From positions 187,681,741 through 187,745,740 of the forward strand of contig CM041465.1 of NCBI GenBank assembly GCA_023213395.1: 64,000 bases of DNA, written 5' to 3'. The notes under the pieces are model-generated. The model did no database searches, was not told the DNA's origin, and saw nothing but the letters and a program-made list of their open reading frames with translations. This document shows positions 14,313 to 27,900 of this stretch, in pieces. The first letter of the stretch is position 1. Each line of letters begins with the position of its first letter. Both the position numbers and the translations under genes were made by a program. Source of the stretch: Cycas panzhihuaensis (taxonomy: Eukaryota > Plantae > Cycadophyta).

Positions 14313-15300
14313 TATTAAGCCACTTGTTAATGTTAATGTGTGGTTTAATTAATGTAATTAACGAAAAGATGTGAGTTATGCAGAGAGTCACAACCCTTAA
14401 TGGTTGACACCTCTTGGGGGGTTATAAATATCCTAGAGTCCCTTGTATATTCATATCAATCAAGTAGTAATCAATGCGATCAATAGATCTTTGTGGTGGG
14501 TTTTTTTTCCGGAAAGGGTTTCACATGTATATCCTATGTATTGTGCAATTGTTTTCAATATTTATCTTGTTTGCTTGTTGTGAATGGTAAAAGATTTTGT
14601 GGAATGTAAACATGTATGTGTTCATTCATGTTCCTTAACATGGTATTAGAGTTGTAGGGTCCTACACAACTAAGGCTAGAGTTGGGTGGAGAGATGAGAT
14701 TGTAAGTTGCTGGGTGATGCCCTCAAAACCCAAGATTTCTTGAGAACTTATCTTCTCCAACAACTTGCAGGAGCAGGTACAGTATTCAATGGTGGTTGAA
14801 GAGGTGAAATTCACCTATCAACAAGGTTAAGGCATTGTTGGAGTCAAAATTCAAACTTGCAAACCATTTTCGTGGATTGAGTTGGCTTGTTGGGGGTCAT
14901 CCGAAGCTGGTTGATGAATTGGGCATTGCCCGAGGCTAGTGGAGCATGTTTTGGTGGAGATCTAATAATAGTGAGGGTAACCACACATCATACAAGTAAG
15001 TTTTGCTCCATTTTTTGACAAAGTTCTACTATATTTGGCATTACAAATCATTATTTTACACCGAAGTAGTTAGAGATCCTTAACTATGTGTGAGATTGTA
15101 TCTAGTTGAGGGGGTTTTTTGTCCTTGAGAAGGGTGTTGGGCAGCAATAAAAGTTGTACCTTGGACTGTTCGAAGTGCATGGTTGAGTGTTGAGTATGGG
15201 TGACTTTGTGTGAGCTTGCAAGCCCTATTTTCTCATATGTTGGGTATGATAAATGCCTGAGATCGAACCGAGAGGTACTTGTATGGTTGTTGGACTATGT
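14313..15300 (+). mobile_element. Truncated LTR element D (LTR 14313-14640 + PBS + non-coding leader) interrupting the copia A integrase
   Basis: tattaag...ccttaaca termini, PBS tggtattagagt at 14641. No partner LTR found and the 3' limit is uncertain. Confidence 0.6.
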
Positions 15301-18300
15301 GTGGTCTATATTACCAGCCATAGGTGTTTGTAACATCCGTGAGTGCTCGAGAGGACCTGCACAGGTCGTATTCCCTCTGTACCAAATGCAAGATAGCAAG
15401 CATGGCAACCCCATTGATCATGGATTGGAGTTTGAAAAGCAAAGGCATCTCCTTTGATCAATGGGCAATAATCCATGGGCAACCCATCAAGGGAAACACT
15501 GCACAGGTCATATTCCAACACAAAAAAGGAAACGCTTGGGTATTATGCAAGTAGCATAGATGGAATAGATTTTACATCCATGACTCCTCAAGCCAATGAA
15601 TATTGTGTCCAATACACATTAAGTATTTAGAACATTGTCAATATCAGTTGCTTCTTATAAAAGTAAAATTATGGTAATTGTAGCAATGAATGGAAAACCA
15701 ATCCACTACAAGGGTTTACACCTTAATCATGCTAATTGGATCTTCAACCCTGTAAACCCTTCAACAAGATTACAAATCCTCCAATGCAATTGTGTCTTCA
15801 ACACCTATAATAAATAAGGAGGAAAGGGGAAAAAATTTGCCCTTAACCCAGCTTTGATACCACATCTAACAGGCCAACACCTATTACCATAACAATATGA
15901 GGAGACGGGCAAGAGAAGCCAAAAATGGTGGAGATGGATGGAGTGGGAGATGGATGTGAAGTGCACTAAAGAGAACCAAAGGATTGTTAAGACCTTTATG
16001 TTTAAATGTTAAGTGATGTACTTTATATTATAAAACTATGTACTTTATGTAAATATGTCTTATCACCTAATGTAATAAAATATACACCCACATTCTTTCT
16101 AGTGACATAATATTGTAACTTAAGGGTCAATGTACCCTCATGCACTTTTGCTCACAAAGAGAGCCCAAGGGACACTTGTCCCACATGCAAAGGGCATAGC
16201 TTGGATGTTTGACACTTGTCAAACATCCAACCATCCAAGGTCCTTCTTCATTTCTATATAAGGAGGCCAAACCTCATGTATCATTATGTGAGTCAGTGTT
16301 GTACTGTTATGCTACTAGTTTGAATCCAAGTCAATCTTGCTTATTTTGGAGTAAGGACAAATTCCTACTCCTCCATATTTTGTGTTCATCTTGTGCTTGA
16401 ATTCATTTGTTTCATACTTGCTTAAGTGCTTATATTCTTAGCTGCTTAATGTAGATGCTAATCATCTCCTTATGCTAGCAAACTTTCTCTTCATGAGATC
16501 CTAAGGGATGTGCTTATCATCTATTGGTGTGAAGGTTGAATGCCATCTTCAACATTTGGTATCAAAGAATGTTGAAGAGGAGTTCTTGATTGTTTCAGGT
16601 TTGAAAGTGAGGTTCCAAACCCTTGGTGATGATCTTCACTCTCTAAAGGCAATCCAAGGCCAAGTTTGGCTCTATTTTCTATAGATTTCTCCTTATCTCA
16701 AAGTGTTTGCAAGCTAAAAGTTATCGGATCAATTTTTTGGAATTTTTTCTAAGCTCAATTTATATTTGCAGTAGAGAAAAGACTTAGAATACACTATTTC
16801 TTCCTCATTTTCCTACAAATAAAAATTATTTTTGTAGGATTTCTTAATTAATTTGTAGATACATGGTGTGATTCACCTCAGTTAGCTCCAGAATTTTCTC
16901 ATCTCAGTCAGATCAATGCACATGAGTAGCTTCTCAGTGTGTTGGGCAGATTTGTCACCAGTTAGAGTGCTTTTTAGTTTAAAAAAACTATTGTTTTTGT
17001 TCGTTTCTCTTTGTTGGGTCATCATTGGTGCTCCTACAACTACTTGACATTGCCCTCTACCCTAGCCACGCCATTCTCAGTGAGTAAATCTCACTAACAA
17101 AAGATCTTTGGAGTATGACAGCCCATATATCTGTTTGTTAGTTGTGCATCCTCCAAGACATTCATTCAGCCCGTATTTACTCCACAATGCACCTTAGCTC
17201 ATAAAATTTTAGAGATACCTTCGTTGACCCATAGTAGAGCCTCATCTCTGATCTCATGTCGATCGGATCTCTGTACGCAGAGATAAATCAATCTACGTCA
17301 TTAGTTTTTCACTCGTGCCGCTGTCGTTCGACCATTTCGAAATAATATTTCAAGTTTAACACTTTATAAACTAGATCTTGGATTATACAAAAGGGAATAT
17401 TCTTTGAATATTTAGCTTTTAATTTGTTTTTATTTACTAAAGTTCACTCTTTATCACTTTTTTAATGCGATTTAATCATTTTTAAAGCAATTTTAGACTC
17501 CTTTTTTTTATTTGAGTCATTTTTACACATAAAAAAAAAATTGCAAGTGTAAAAAATAAGTGATCTCTAGTGATTTTATATACTTTTTGTGAAAAATTCA
17601 CATTGTACTTGTTTTTTTAAAGTTCCCTGCACGGTGACCTTCATGCCCTAGGTCATAAAAAGGGCTCAAAATCACTTTTTTTTTTTTTATCACTTTATTT
17701 GGGGTTGGTTAGGACTACTTTAAAGTCTTAACGCTGTTGTGGTGGCATGTTCTCTTGGCGTACTTTATTAAATTTCCATTTTGTGGTCATTTCTTCATAT
17801 TAAAAGGAAACCACTGAAAGCACAACAAACAAGCTAGTATCTTTTTATTTGGCACTTAGTACTTTTTTGCTTTTTCAAGTGCCTTTTGCAAATACTTTAA
17901 GTGTTCTTTTTGTACTCAATTTGTTTTATTTGAGGCCCTCTTTATTGAGTTTTATCGAGCATTGTAAAGTAACATTATTACTCACTTAAGCAATTTATCT
18001 TAAGTCAACTTTAACCATTAAAAAATTGCTTAAAAATCTTATTGGAGAGGCCTAAAAGAGGTTCAAACCTTGCCTATAAAAATCTCAAGTTTGGTGCATT
18101 CCCTAAGGTACCAATTGACCGTACGGGTAGTGCACAACAATTAAAATTAATCTTAGAGAAAAGGAGATACGAAAAGGGTGTTATTGAGGCTATGAATCCC
18201 AAGGAAAGCACAATACGACCATGCAGATCAACCCTAGCTAGCTTGTCCTAGATTTAACTTGGCCAACTGTTGGATCTATTTAGAAAGATCAAGGTTGGAC

Positions 18301-19958
18301 CAACTCTTTGCCTAGTCCTCCATTTTTTATCACTCTCTTCAGTTGTTGGATCTTCCTTGTAATATTAGGGTTGTTGGTATGCTTGAAAGTGGAATTTAAG
18401 CGATGAAAGCCTTGAGTTTCCAAGTCATTTGCTAACTTCAAGAACTTTTGAATAACTTTAACATCATGGTTGCTATCAATATGCTCAATACATGTACTAT
18501 CAAGTTGAATGAACAAGATAATTTCCATGAATGGAAAGGCAAACTAAGAACTTGTTGATTATGAATGAATTTTAGAGCTTTGTATCTAGGACCAATCCCA
18601 ATCCCATTCCATATGAGAGTCCACTTGATAAAAATATTATTATTCAAACTAATCTTGTTTTGGTTATTGCATGGGTAGTTAAAGATGAAATTGGTTTAGC
18701 CATTATTCATATGATTTTAGATTCAAATGTTGATCACAATTTTGCTTGTGCTCATATCTCTAAAAAACCTTGGGATACTTTGATTTTATTGTATAAAAGG
18801 CGAGATGATGTTTGCATTGTAATGACTAAGGGCAAGTTGTTTACATTAAAATATTTTAAACCTATGACTGAAGACCTTGTTACTGCCACTCTTCATGCAC
18901 TTTCGGGGGAGTATAATGGCTTCATTTCATCAATTACATGAGGTACTACACTTGGCTCAATGACTTTCAATGAAAGTCTTCTACTATAGGAGGAGCAAAT
19001 CTAATCACAACAAGGTGAACCTTCTACTTTGGGAGCTTTAATGGCCAAGTACAAAGGCAAGCAGAATCCCAAACAAGATCTACACAAATAGTTTGGGAAC
19101 ATGAGTATTGGCACATCAAAAGCTAATATCATGCATCATTATTGTGGCAAGATGGGCCACATTACACCTGAGTGTTGGAAAGGCAATCCAATATGCAGCA
19201 ATAACAGCAATTCCAGCAACCAAGATAACAACAAAGATTGCAACAACCAAGATAGCAGTAGAATTAGCAACAACAACAACCCTCTAGACCAAATCAAGGT
19301 GGATTTCAAGGAGGTCAGAGAGGAAGGGGGGATTTAGAGGTGGCATCAATGCCATACCAATTAGTTTGTCACTAATGATGAACAATTTTGTGTTTATCAC
19401 AACTCACAAAGTGATAGCACATGAATTATTGATTCAAGAGCATCTCAACACATGATTGGTGATTAAGAGTTGCTCTATGATGTTAAAGAAGGAAGAGGGC
19501 AAACGGTTACTTTTGGCAACAATGAGACAATTAAGATATCTAAAGTAGGCAAAATTGCCTCCTTTCATTCTCCAAATCGCCCTGCTTCCACATTTCCCAC
19601 AGGTGATGCCTACTTGGTACCTTCTATGCACAAAATCCTCTTATCTGTTAGTTAGTTGGATAAACAATAGATGAGCAAGACCATGGCCTTTACAAATTAG
19701 ATGCTTTAAATATTACAGTTGATACTACTCCATCTTATTCTATCACTCAATCTATGACCTAAGAGCAACTTTGGCATAATAGGCTAGGTCGCTTAAGCTT
19801 AGACAACATCAAAATGATGTTCAACAAAAACATGGTATTTGGGCTTCCAAACATATTAGTATCAAAATTTCTTTGTGAAGCATGTATTATGGGGAAACAA
19901 CATCGTGAGCCTTTTCCTAAAGGCAAAGCATGGCGTGCATCACAACCATTGCAACTGG

Positions 19959-20815
19959 TGTTGACTTATATTTTTCACTACACTTGTGAGAAATGCACTT
20001 GTCAAGGGATCATTGGTTGGTAGTTTAACTTAGGATACAATCAACATATTCATGTTTCCATTATAATCACTTTACACATGATATGGAAGGAACAAATCAT
20101 CACATATTCATCATTATTCCATCAAAACAATACACTAATCATCATATACTCTTCATGTAATTAACACAATACACATAATACATAATATTTCCATGTAACT
20201 TTCTCTTTATTAAGTAATAAGATCAGTACATTTTGTTCTAGAACGTATCTTGCATACGTTCCAGCCGTATACACACTACACTGTCATATGTGTTCCGCCA
20301 TGGAATGCACCAGGGAATGCATTTGCTAATTCACCCAACCGTACTATCCTTCTTGGTACTTTGGCTCCTAAATTGACTCATGGAATGAATGCTTGGCCCT
20401 CACCATTGAATCGGTGAGAAAGGTACCCTTAAATACCTCCTTTTGGCGTCCTTTGAGTGAATGGTTATGACCCCAAGTCATAACCGTGCCTCTTTGTTAT
20501 CAATGTACCCTTTCACTTAATCTTGTGATCTGTCACCTTAAATGGCTTCCTTTTAATCTGTACGTTTGTATGTACTCCTGTTGTGGTTGATGTTATCAGA
20601 TCAGGGCACCCTTTGGTTCCTCTCTGTCATGCGTACCGTTCTATCTACTAGCGTACTCGAAAAGGTATGTATCATGTTCTGCGCACCCAGTCATCATGCA
20701 TTCTGATTTTTCTTGACATACATACCTTTGTACGGTCTGTACCTGCACTCTTCTAGTTAGTATAAGCTTGCATACTAGTTTTCTCACAATTTATGTGCCA
20801 AATCTATCCCCAACA
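19959..20815 (-). repeat. 3' LTR of gypsy E
   Basis: tgttgactt...atccccaaca (857 bp); matches 29553-30058 plus 31436-31750. Confidence 0.92.
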
Positions 20816-20959
20816 TCTATCCGAAGTCAACAAAAAAGGGTTGAGCATCTTTGCTCATCTAAAATTTCAAAACTTTTTTGGTATCCTTCTCCCCTACTAT
20901 GTCCTAAGGCTGCTCCTGTTGCTTTTTTTCTATTGTTGAATCTCGTGTGGCCAAAATAT

Positions 20960-21960
20960 TTTCATTAATTTGGGCGAGGGTTGCAATAATAGCATCCTTT
21001 TCCTTGATTTTTTCCTGTAGGGCAGCTATCTCTCCCTTGTATTTTGCATCCATTTCTTCAATCATGCAAATTATTTCCTATGTTTTCCCTTCTGCCTGAG
21101 TTGGCTGGGATGGTGTTTCCCCTGCCTCCATTGTGGGAGGGAATTCAGTCCATTCTTCTAGTGAAGGTTCTCCTTCAACTTATTCTTTTGGTTCCTCTTC
21201 ATCCTATCTTCTCTTGGAATTTTTTCGTATTGCTTGTTTGGTACAATGTGGGATGGAAGCACCTGGAGTCTGTTGTAGCCACTTTAAAATCTTTGTCATT
21301 TCCTTTTTCACTCTTTTTTTTATTTCCTCATCTTGAGTATTTTCTAGAAATGCATGTACCCACTATTTTATCAACAGTTCATGTGGGTGAATGGGTAGTT
21401 GGGGAGGTTGCATTCCTAGATGTTGATACATCAAGATTGCCAATAATAAGGAGGGGTGTCTGAAAGGATGTGTCATTACCTCCTTTATTTTTTGGTCCAT
21501 ATTTACTGCCAAAAATTTAGACCAATTTAGTTTTTCTCCATCCCAAACCCTTGGTAATATCAACATCATTCCCCCTGGAATGTATGTGTATTTTTTTTTG
21601 GACAAGAATCTTGTATTTATGACTTTTGCTATCCATTGAAGTCTTATATCTTTAATAGCTGCCACTTGAATACCACCTGACAATATTTGGGTGTTTTCTT
21701 GGCAAAAGTCCCTTAGCCAAGTTTCCGGATCCACTTTTGACCTTTTTGTAACAATGGTGACTTCTCCTTGCTTTACAAGTCCTGTGATTGTGTGAATAGT
21801 TTTCGCATCATGTTTAATTTTCTTCAAATCCTTTTTTAATTTCATCAATATGCTTTCCATCAACTCCTAGTCCTAGTAGAGAGGACTTAGGTATATATAC
21901 TCTCCCTAGCCTACCTATTTCACCTTGGCTTTGAATGGAGCGAGTAATCCCTAAAATTCT
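20960..21960 (-). pseudogene. Accessory (env-position) ORF of gypsy E, disrupted
   Basis: ORF 21363-21863 (WIAKVINTRFL...VWDGEKLNWSKFL) lies between integrase and 3' LTR. It continues into a coiled-coil-like stretch EIQGEIAALQEKIKEKDAII near 21000. Confidence 0.55.
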
Positions 21961-24900
21961 TTCCTTAATTTAAGTAAGAATATTCATTAGCACCCTGTTG
22001 TCTTCACGCTAGGCACTTTATGGAAAATCAAGAAGCGATGCAAGTACTGATAAGAAGAAAAATAGGTATGAAACCCTATGTGCGTACCATTTTAGGAACG
22101 AATGATGTTCCTTGCTGAATTGTTTTATTTTTGGCCTCAAATTTGTATCCCTTTTCCTTTTCGAAAGCTTTAGTCTTCGCTGAATTGATGCTAGATTCGA
22201 AATTTAGCTATCTTCTCATGGTTTTCACCCTACATCTTGTGCAGTAATGCTTGCAGGTACATATAATATATGTTTGCCTTTTTGAGATTTTGTTCTATGC
22301 ATACTCGATGGCATACTTTTTTGGTACGTATAGTGTATTTTGGTTACTTTTTACATTATTATCTTCTTTATGTGCTTGTTAACGTACTTTTTTGGTATGT
22401 ATAGTGTATTTTGATAGGTACGTACATAGAATACTTGGTTTTTGATGCTTTTTCCTTGATTTATTTATTTTTTCCCTTGATTTTTCTCATAATAATACAT
22501 CTTTCCTCCATATTTTGTCATATTGCTTATCTGTGTGATATGAGTTACGGTTGTTTTTTTTCTTTTTCTTTTTTTTTCTTTGTTTACATACCAAACTGAA
22601 TCACATTTCGACATTAGGTAATCAGATTTGCCTTCAATTTCAAGCAACGCGTTATGGTACAACCAGCTAATTCATTTGGTAGGTTGATATACCCTAGCTG
22701 AGATAGGGTTTCAGCTGGCTGTCGTTCACTCAAGTTAGTAACAGGGATCCATCAATCTCAAGGAGTTGTACTGAACCATTTTCAAATATCTTTTCAACGA
22801 TGTATGGTCCCAACCATCGCATTTTCGATTTCCCAGGGTGTGTTTTAAAGTTGTTGTCATATAATAGTACTTGATCACCTTCTTTAAATTGTGGCATTCG
22901 TAGATGATGATTATGCCATGCTTTTTGTTGTGTCTTCTCTATTTCTTACAACCACTTAGTCATGTGCCTTGTTTCCTCTAATCATACCAACTCCTTCAAC
23001 CTCTTCCGTAAGGAGGTGAAGTTATCCAATCAACATTGCATAGCTACCCTCAAACTTGAAATTTTGAATTCAATTGGGAGGATGGCTTCAATACCATACA
23101 CTAGTTAAAATGGAATTTGTCCAGTTGATCTCTTATATGTTGTTCTAAATGGCCATAATATTGAGGGTTAATTTTCAACCCAATCAGATCTTCCTAAGTC
23201 ACAAATTTTCTGTAGATAGTTTTCTATGATTTTTTTAGAACTTTCTTCTTGTCCATTGGTTCTTGGGTAGTATGGAATAGTTTTCTGATGACTGATCATA
23301 AAGGTTGATGTCAGTATTTCTATGGTCTAGTTTAGGAAATGAGCTCCTTGATCGCTTACAATTTCTAACGAACATCTGAAGCATGTTATAATTACTTCGT
23401 ATAAGAACCGGGTTGTGCTCTTTGAATCAACTTTCCTGAGTGGTTGTGCTTCTACCTGTTTGGTCATATAATCTGTTGCTACCAAAATAAAGTGGGCTTG
23501 GGAATGTCAGGAAATTGGCTTGATTGGTCCAACGAAGTCAAGTCCCCATTTTTCAAATGGCGCCAAAGGTAGAATAGGGTGGCGTGGTTGGAAATCTTAT
23601 CAATTAGGTTTCCCTACCCTCTGCCGATAGTCACATTTTTGTATCCAGTTTTTCACATCTTCGAACATTGATGGCCACCGGAATCTGAATGTTAACACTT
23701 TCCTCTATGTTGCCATTTTTCCCATATGGCCTCCCGCTACTCCCTCGTGTGCTTAAGTCATGATCTGATTAATTTTGTGTGGTTTCACACATCATCATAG
23801 TATCTCATCTGGTCCTAATTTATATAATTCTCCTTTAATTAATTGATAAGGCTCAGATTTCCGTATGGAATTTCTTCATTCCATTCTATCCAATCTTAGT
23901 GGTAGTTCACCTGTCGCCAGATATTCTAGTATTTCCTCGTACCATTCCATTGGAACTGCTTCTCCAGTGAATAGTTTTGCATCTAGAAAATCATTGAGCA
24001 CTCCCATGGGTTTTTTCCCGTTGGTAATCCTCAATAATTGGTCTAGTATCATATGAATCTCCTTGGTTTTACCATTATTTTAGATGAGAACTCCTGAAAT
24101 AACATAAGCCATCTATTGATTCACCCTTTCATTATAGGTTTGTTTACCAAATACATAAGCACTTGGTGGTCCACAAAGAATATAAATAGATTTGACAGTA
24201 AGTAATGTCAAAATTTTTGCAATGCATAAACCATTCCAAGTAGTTCTCTTTCTGTCGTGGTATAGTTCTGTTTGACCTTTGTTAACTTTTAACTCGCAAA
24301 GTAAATAGGATGATCCACCTTGTCATCACTTGGTTGGTCTAATACACATCCAATGGCATACTGTGATGCATCGATGTGCACATGAAAGATTTTTTTTTTC
24401 AATCCAGAAATGTTAATATTGATGCAAATATAATTGCTTTTTATAAGGATTCAAAAGCATGCTACTGCTCGATACTCCATTTCCAATCCATATCCTTTTT
24501 CAACAATTCTTTTAGAGGTCCTGATATATGTGCGTATCCTCTAATAAATTTTCTATAGTATCTTGTTAATCCTAGGAATCCTTTCAACTGCTTCCTTGTA
24601 ATTGGTATTGGAAAATATAGGATTGCTAAAACTTTAGTTGGATCCATTAATAATCCTTCTTGGCTCACAATATGTCCTAATAGGCTTCAAAAAGACACCA
24701 AAAAGATACATTTCTTCGGATTTAAACATAGCTTGCTTTTCCAACAAGTTTGTAATATTTCTCTCAGATTATCCATGTGGTTTTTCATGGATCCATACAA
24801 CATCCTATCATCTAGAAAAACTGCCACTTTGTCTTCAGTCATTTTGCGAAAAATGTTTATAACAATCCTTTGGAATGTGGTTGGGGCATTGGTAAGGCCA

Positions 24901-27900
24901 AAGGGCATTGCCTTGTATGTATATGTTCACCATTCCATAACAAAGGTTGTTTTTACTTGGTCTTTCGGGGCAATTTGGACCTAATTGTATTTGCTAAATC
25001 TATCTGTGAAAGAATACATCCCATTTCCTTCTATTGTTTCCAAAACATCTCCCGTAAATGGTAGTGGAAAGGGATCCTTTTTTGTTACTCTTTTAAGTTG
25101 TCTATAGTCCACGCAAACTCGTATCTTCCTGTTCTTTGGGACTACCACCACTAGACTTATCCAATCATTGTAGTCAATTTCATAAATATATCCTACTTCC
25201 AACATTTTGTCTAATTTAGCTTTGACTTTTTCTTTGTATTTTGGGTTCATACGATAAGGTCTCTGTTTTATTGGCTTGACTCCCTCAATAAGATTAATAT
25301 GATGCATTCCTATTTCCAAAGGAATGCCTTTGAGATCCTTGTAGGACCATGCAAAAACATAATGGAATTCTTCAAATAATTGTTGGGCCTATGCTACAGT
25401 CTTATCATCCTAATAATTCCCAATTCGTATGCTCTTTGAGTCTTCTTTTGCTCCCAAGTTGATTTCAGTTGTTTCCACTTTTGTTACCTTGATGCCTTTT
25501 TGTTCGCTGACATGATGAGCGAGGGTGTCTTCAATCCTCCTTTTGTAGTAATTAATCTCTATAAATTTTGGGGGATAGTTATGGTTTTCTTCTTGGTCAT
25601 CCTTTGATTCCCAACTTTCCTTTTGACATACTAATGTTATTGTTTTCTGTTCCATTTTTATACTTACTTCTCTAATTGCCTTGAGTACCTTGTCAATTTT
25701 CTTGTCTAACGTGTGTGAAAACGTTTTTATGAAAGAGTTCTTGAGATTACTCCATGTGACATCCAAGGTTTGTTCTTTTCCTATGAGCCAATTTTTTGCC
25801 ACTTGGCCTAAGGTATGATAGAAAAGATTACTCCAGGTTTTCCTAGGCAAGCTTTGAAATATCCATTCCTACTTACATCTTTGTATATACTTGCTTGGGC
25901 AATCTCCTTTGTAAAATAATAGAATATTTAATTGTTTGGGAGGATCAAATCGAGTTTAGAAGGCAATTTGTAATTCTTTCCAATTTTGAAAGCGGCCTGG
26001 TAGGCTAAGTACCAATACCATGTAGGCCCTCTCAATGTCAACACAAAATCTAACTCCCATTGAACTTTATCTATGATTCCTTTTCCCAGCCAATATTCTA
26101 TACAATGTATTAAGTGGGTAGTTCCATATAGTTGTTCTCCATAAAAGGGCTTCACATAATCTCCAATGTATTCCTCATAACTTCTTTCTTCAAGAATGGC
26201 AATTTTGTTTTCTAGACCAGAATCTCTAGGAATACTCTCAGCAGGTCCCTTTTCTTCTTTCTCAGATTCGGCGTCGATGGTTGAGAAGGACCTTTTGATG
26301 GGTGGGTGTACCTCTAAAGAAGATGAGGAAGGTTTGTTACTTCCTTCCTTGAGCTAAGACAAGGATAGGGAAGGGAGATCTACCTCAGGACCCACACCAA
26401 AGGCAGAGGAAGGGTTAGGGTTAGGGGAAATGGAAATATCAAAAGATGAATTAGGGTAGGGGTTTAGAATAAGAAGGGTATTAGGGTTTGGGTCTAGGGT
26501 TTGTATCATATTAACATCCTATCCTACACTACTTTTTATGTTATCATTAGCATTCATGTAATCAAAAGATTTAGAATTAACATTAATGTCATCAATTACA
26601 TTCTTAGAAAGTATGTTACACCTACAGGACGGGGGATTGACTTCATATGCATCTTATAACCAATAATCCACAAACTTCGTTACACTCTCGTCATCGAAAG
26701 AGTTGTAAATTTCTCCAAAATAAGTCAGCTCCATCTCTTGAGAATTAATCAACTTTGTTGACTCTTTTGTCATGTGATATAAATTACTTTGGTCAAAGGA
26801 TGATGCAGTTTCTTTGCTTGCAATAGTTGTGCTTGAGGCATTGTCTAGTATCACCTCAATCGATTTTTTTTCCAACATTAGGAGGACCACTTCACTTCCT
26901 CCGTCAGATGCTGTGAAGGTTACACCCCTCCAACTCTAGAGACATTGGGTCTTATACAACCATGGTCATCCTAATTTCCCAATTGGTGTCACCAATAGTT
27001 CATTTTCTAGTTTTAGTGAGTAGGTTGCAGCTTCCAACTTAGGGCTTCCCAATTTTTGCCAAGTTGTGGTGGGCAACACATTCACTGCTCCTCCTCCATC
27101 TACAATCACTTTTGAGAATCTCTCCTAATACTGTAATTATGACCATAAGATCCAAGTCAAATGATGCCATTATTTTCTTTAAACATTTTGTGATTTCCCT
27201 CTGCTGCAATATCCCTACCTTAATCCAATCTATCACTTAGTATAAGGGAATCGTTAATTGTAGTTGTTTCACTAGATTTTCCATTAGCAACAACATTTGA
27301 GGGATGTTTTCCATTTGTAGACCTTTAAATAGTTTCTCCATTGGAACCAACTGAGGTTGCATCTTCTGCTCTTTTGGTTTTTTCTCCTTTGGTTTGTTTT
27401 TCCTGACATAAATATACTTTGTCTCTGGTTTGTCCACCGGCAACATCATTTCTATTTTCTTTTGAGCTAGGTTCTCCAACACTCATTTCACTTGCTTGAA
27501 TCATTCGATTTCCACTTTAGGATTTGGATAATCTTCACTTGCTATCTCTTTCCCCTTCTGTTTGTTCTGAAGTTCAACATTTTTGGTATTTTCTAGAATG
27601 ATGGTCATTAAATTGGTCATTTTTGCTTTGCCTTTACATTCTTCAATTTTATGTTCACTTGGACCACAGTTGTTGCACACAAACAATTTGTGCTCATAAT
27701 CCTATTTGGTCAAGCAATCTGACTTCCAATGACCAAATTGTAAATAGATTAAGTATCTTCGCATCGGTTGTTTTTCCTTTGAAGTTTCCAATGTGCTCCT
27801 CGTTGTATATACATTACTGGGTGGGCTGCCTCCTCTTCTCTGACCAAGTCCTCTATAAGCTCTTCCTCTAGGGTTATAGAAATAATCACCTATATTGTGA

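Noticed and set aside
26400-26520. Telomere-like ttaggg/tagggttt motifs
   Set aside because: Scattered and imperfect, inside a low-complexity linker of gypsy E; not a TTTAGGG array.
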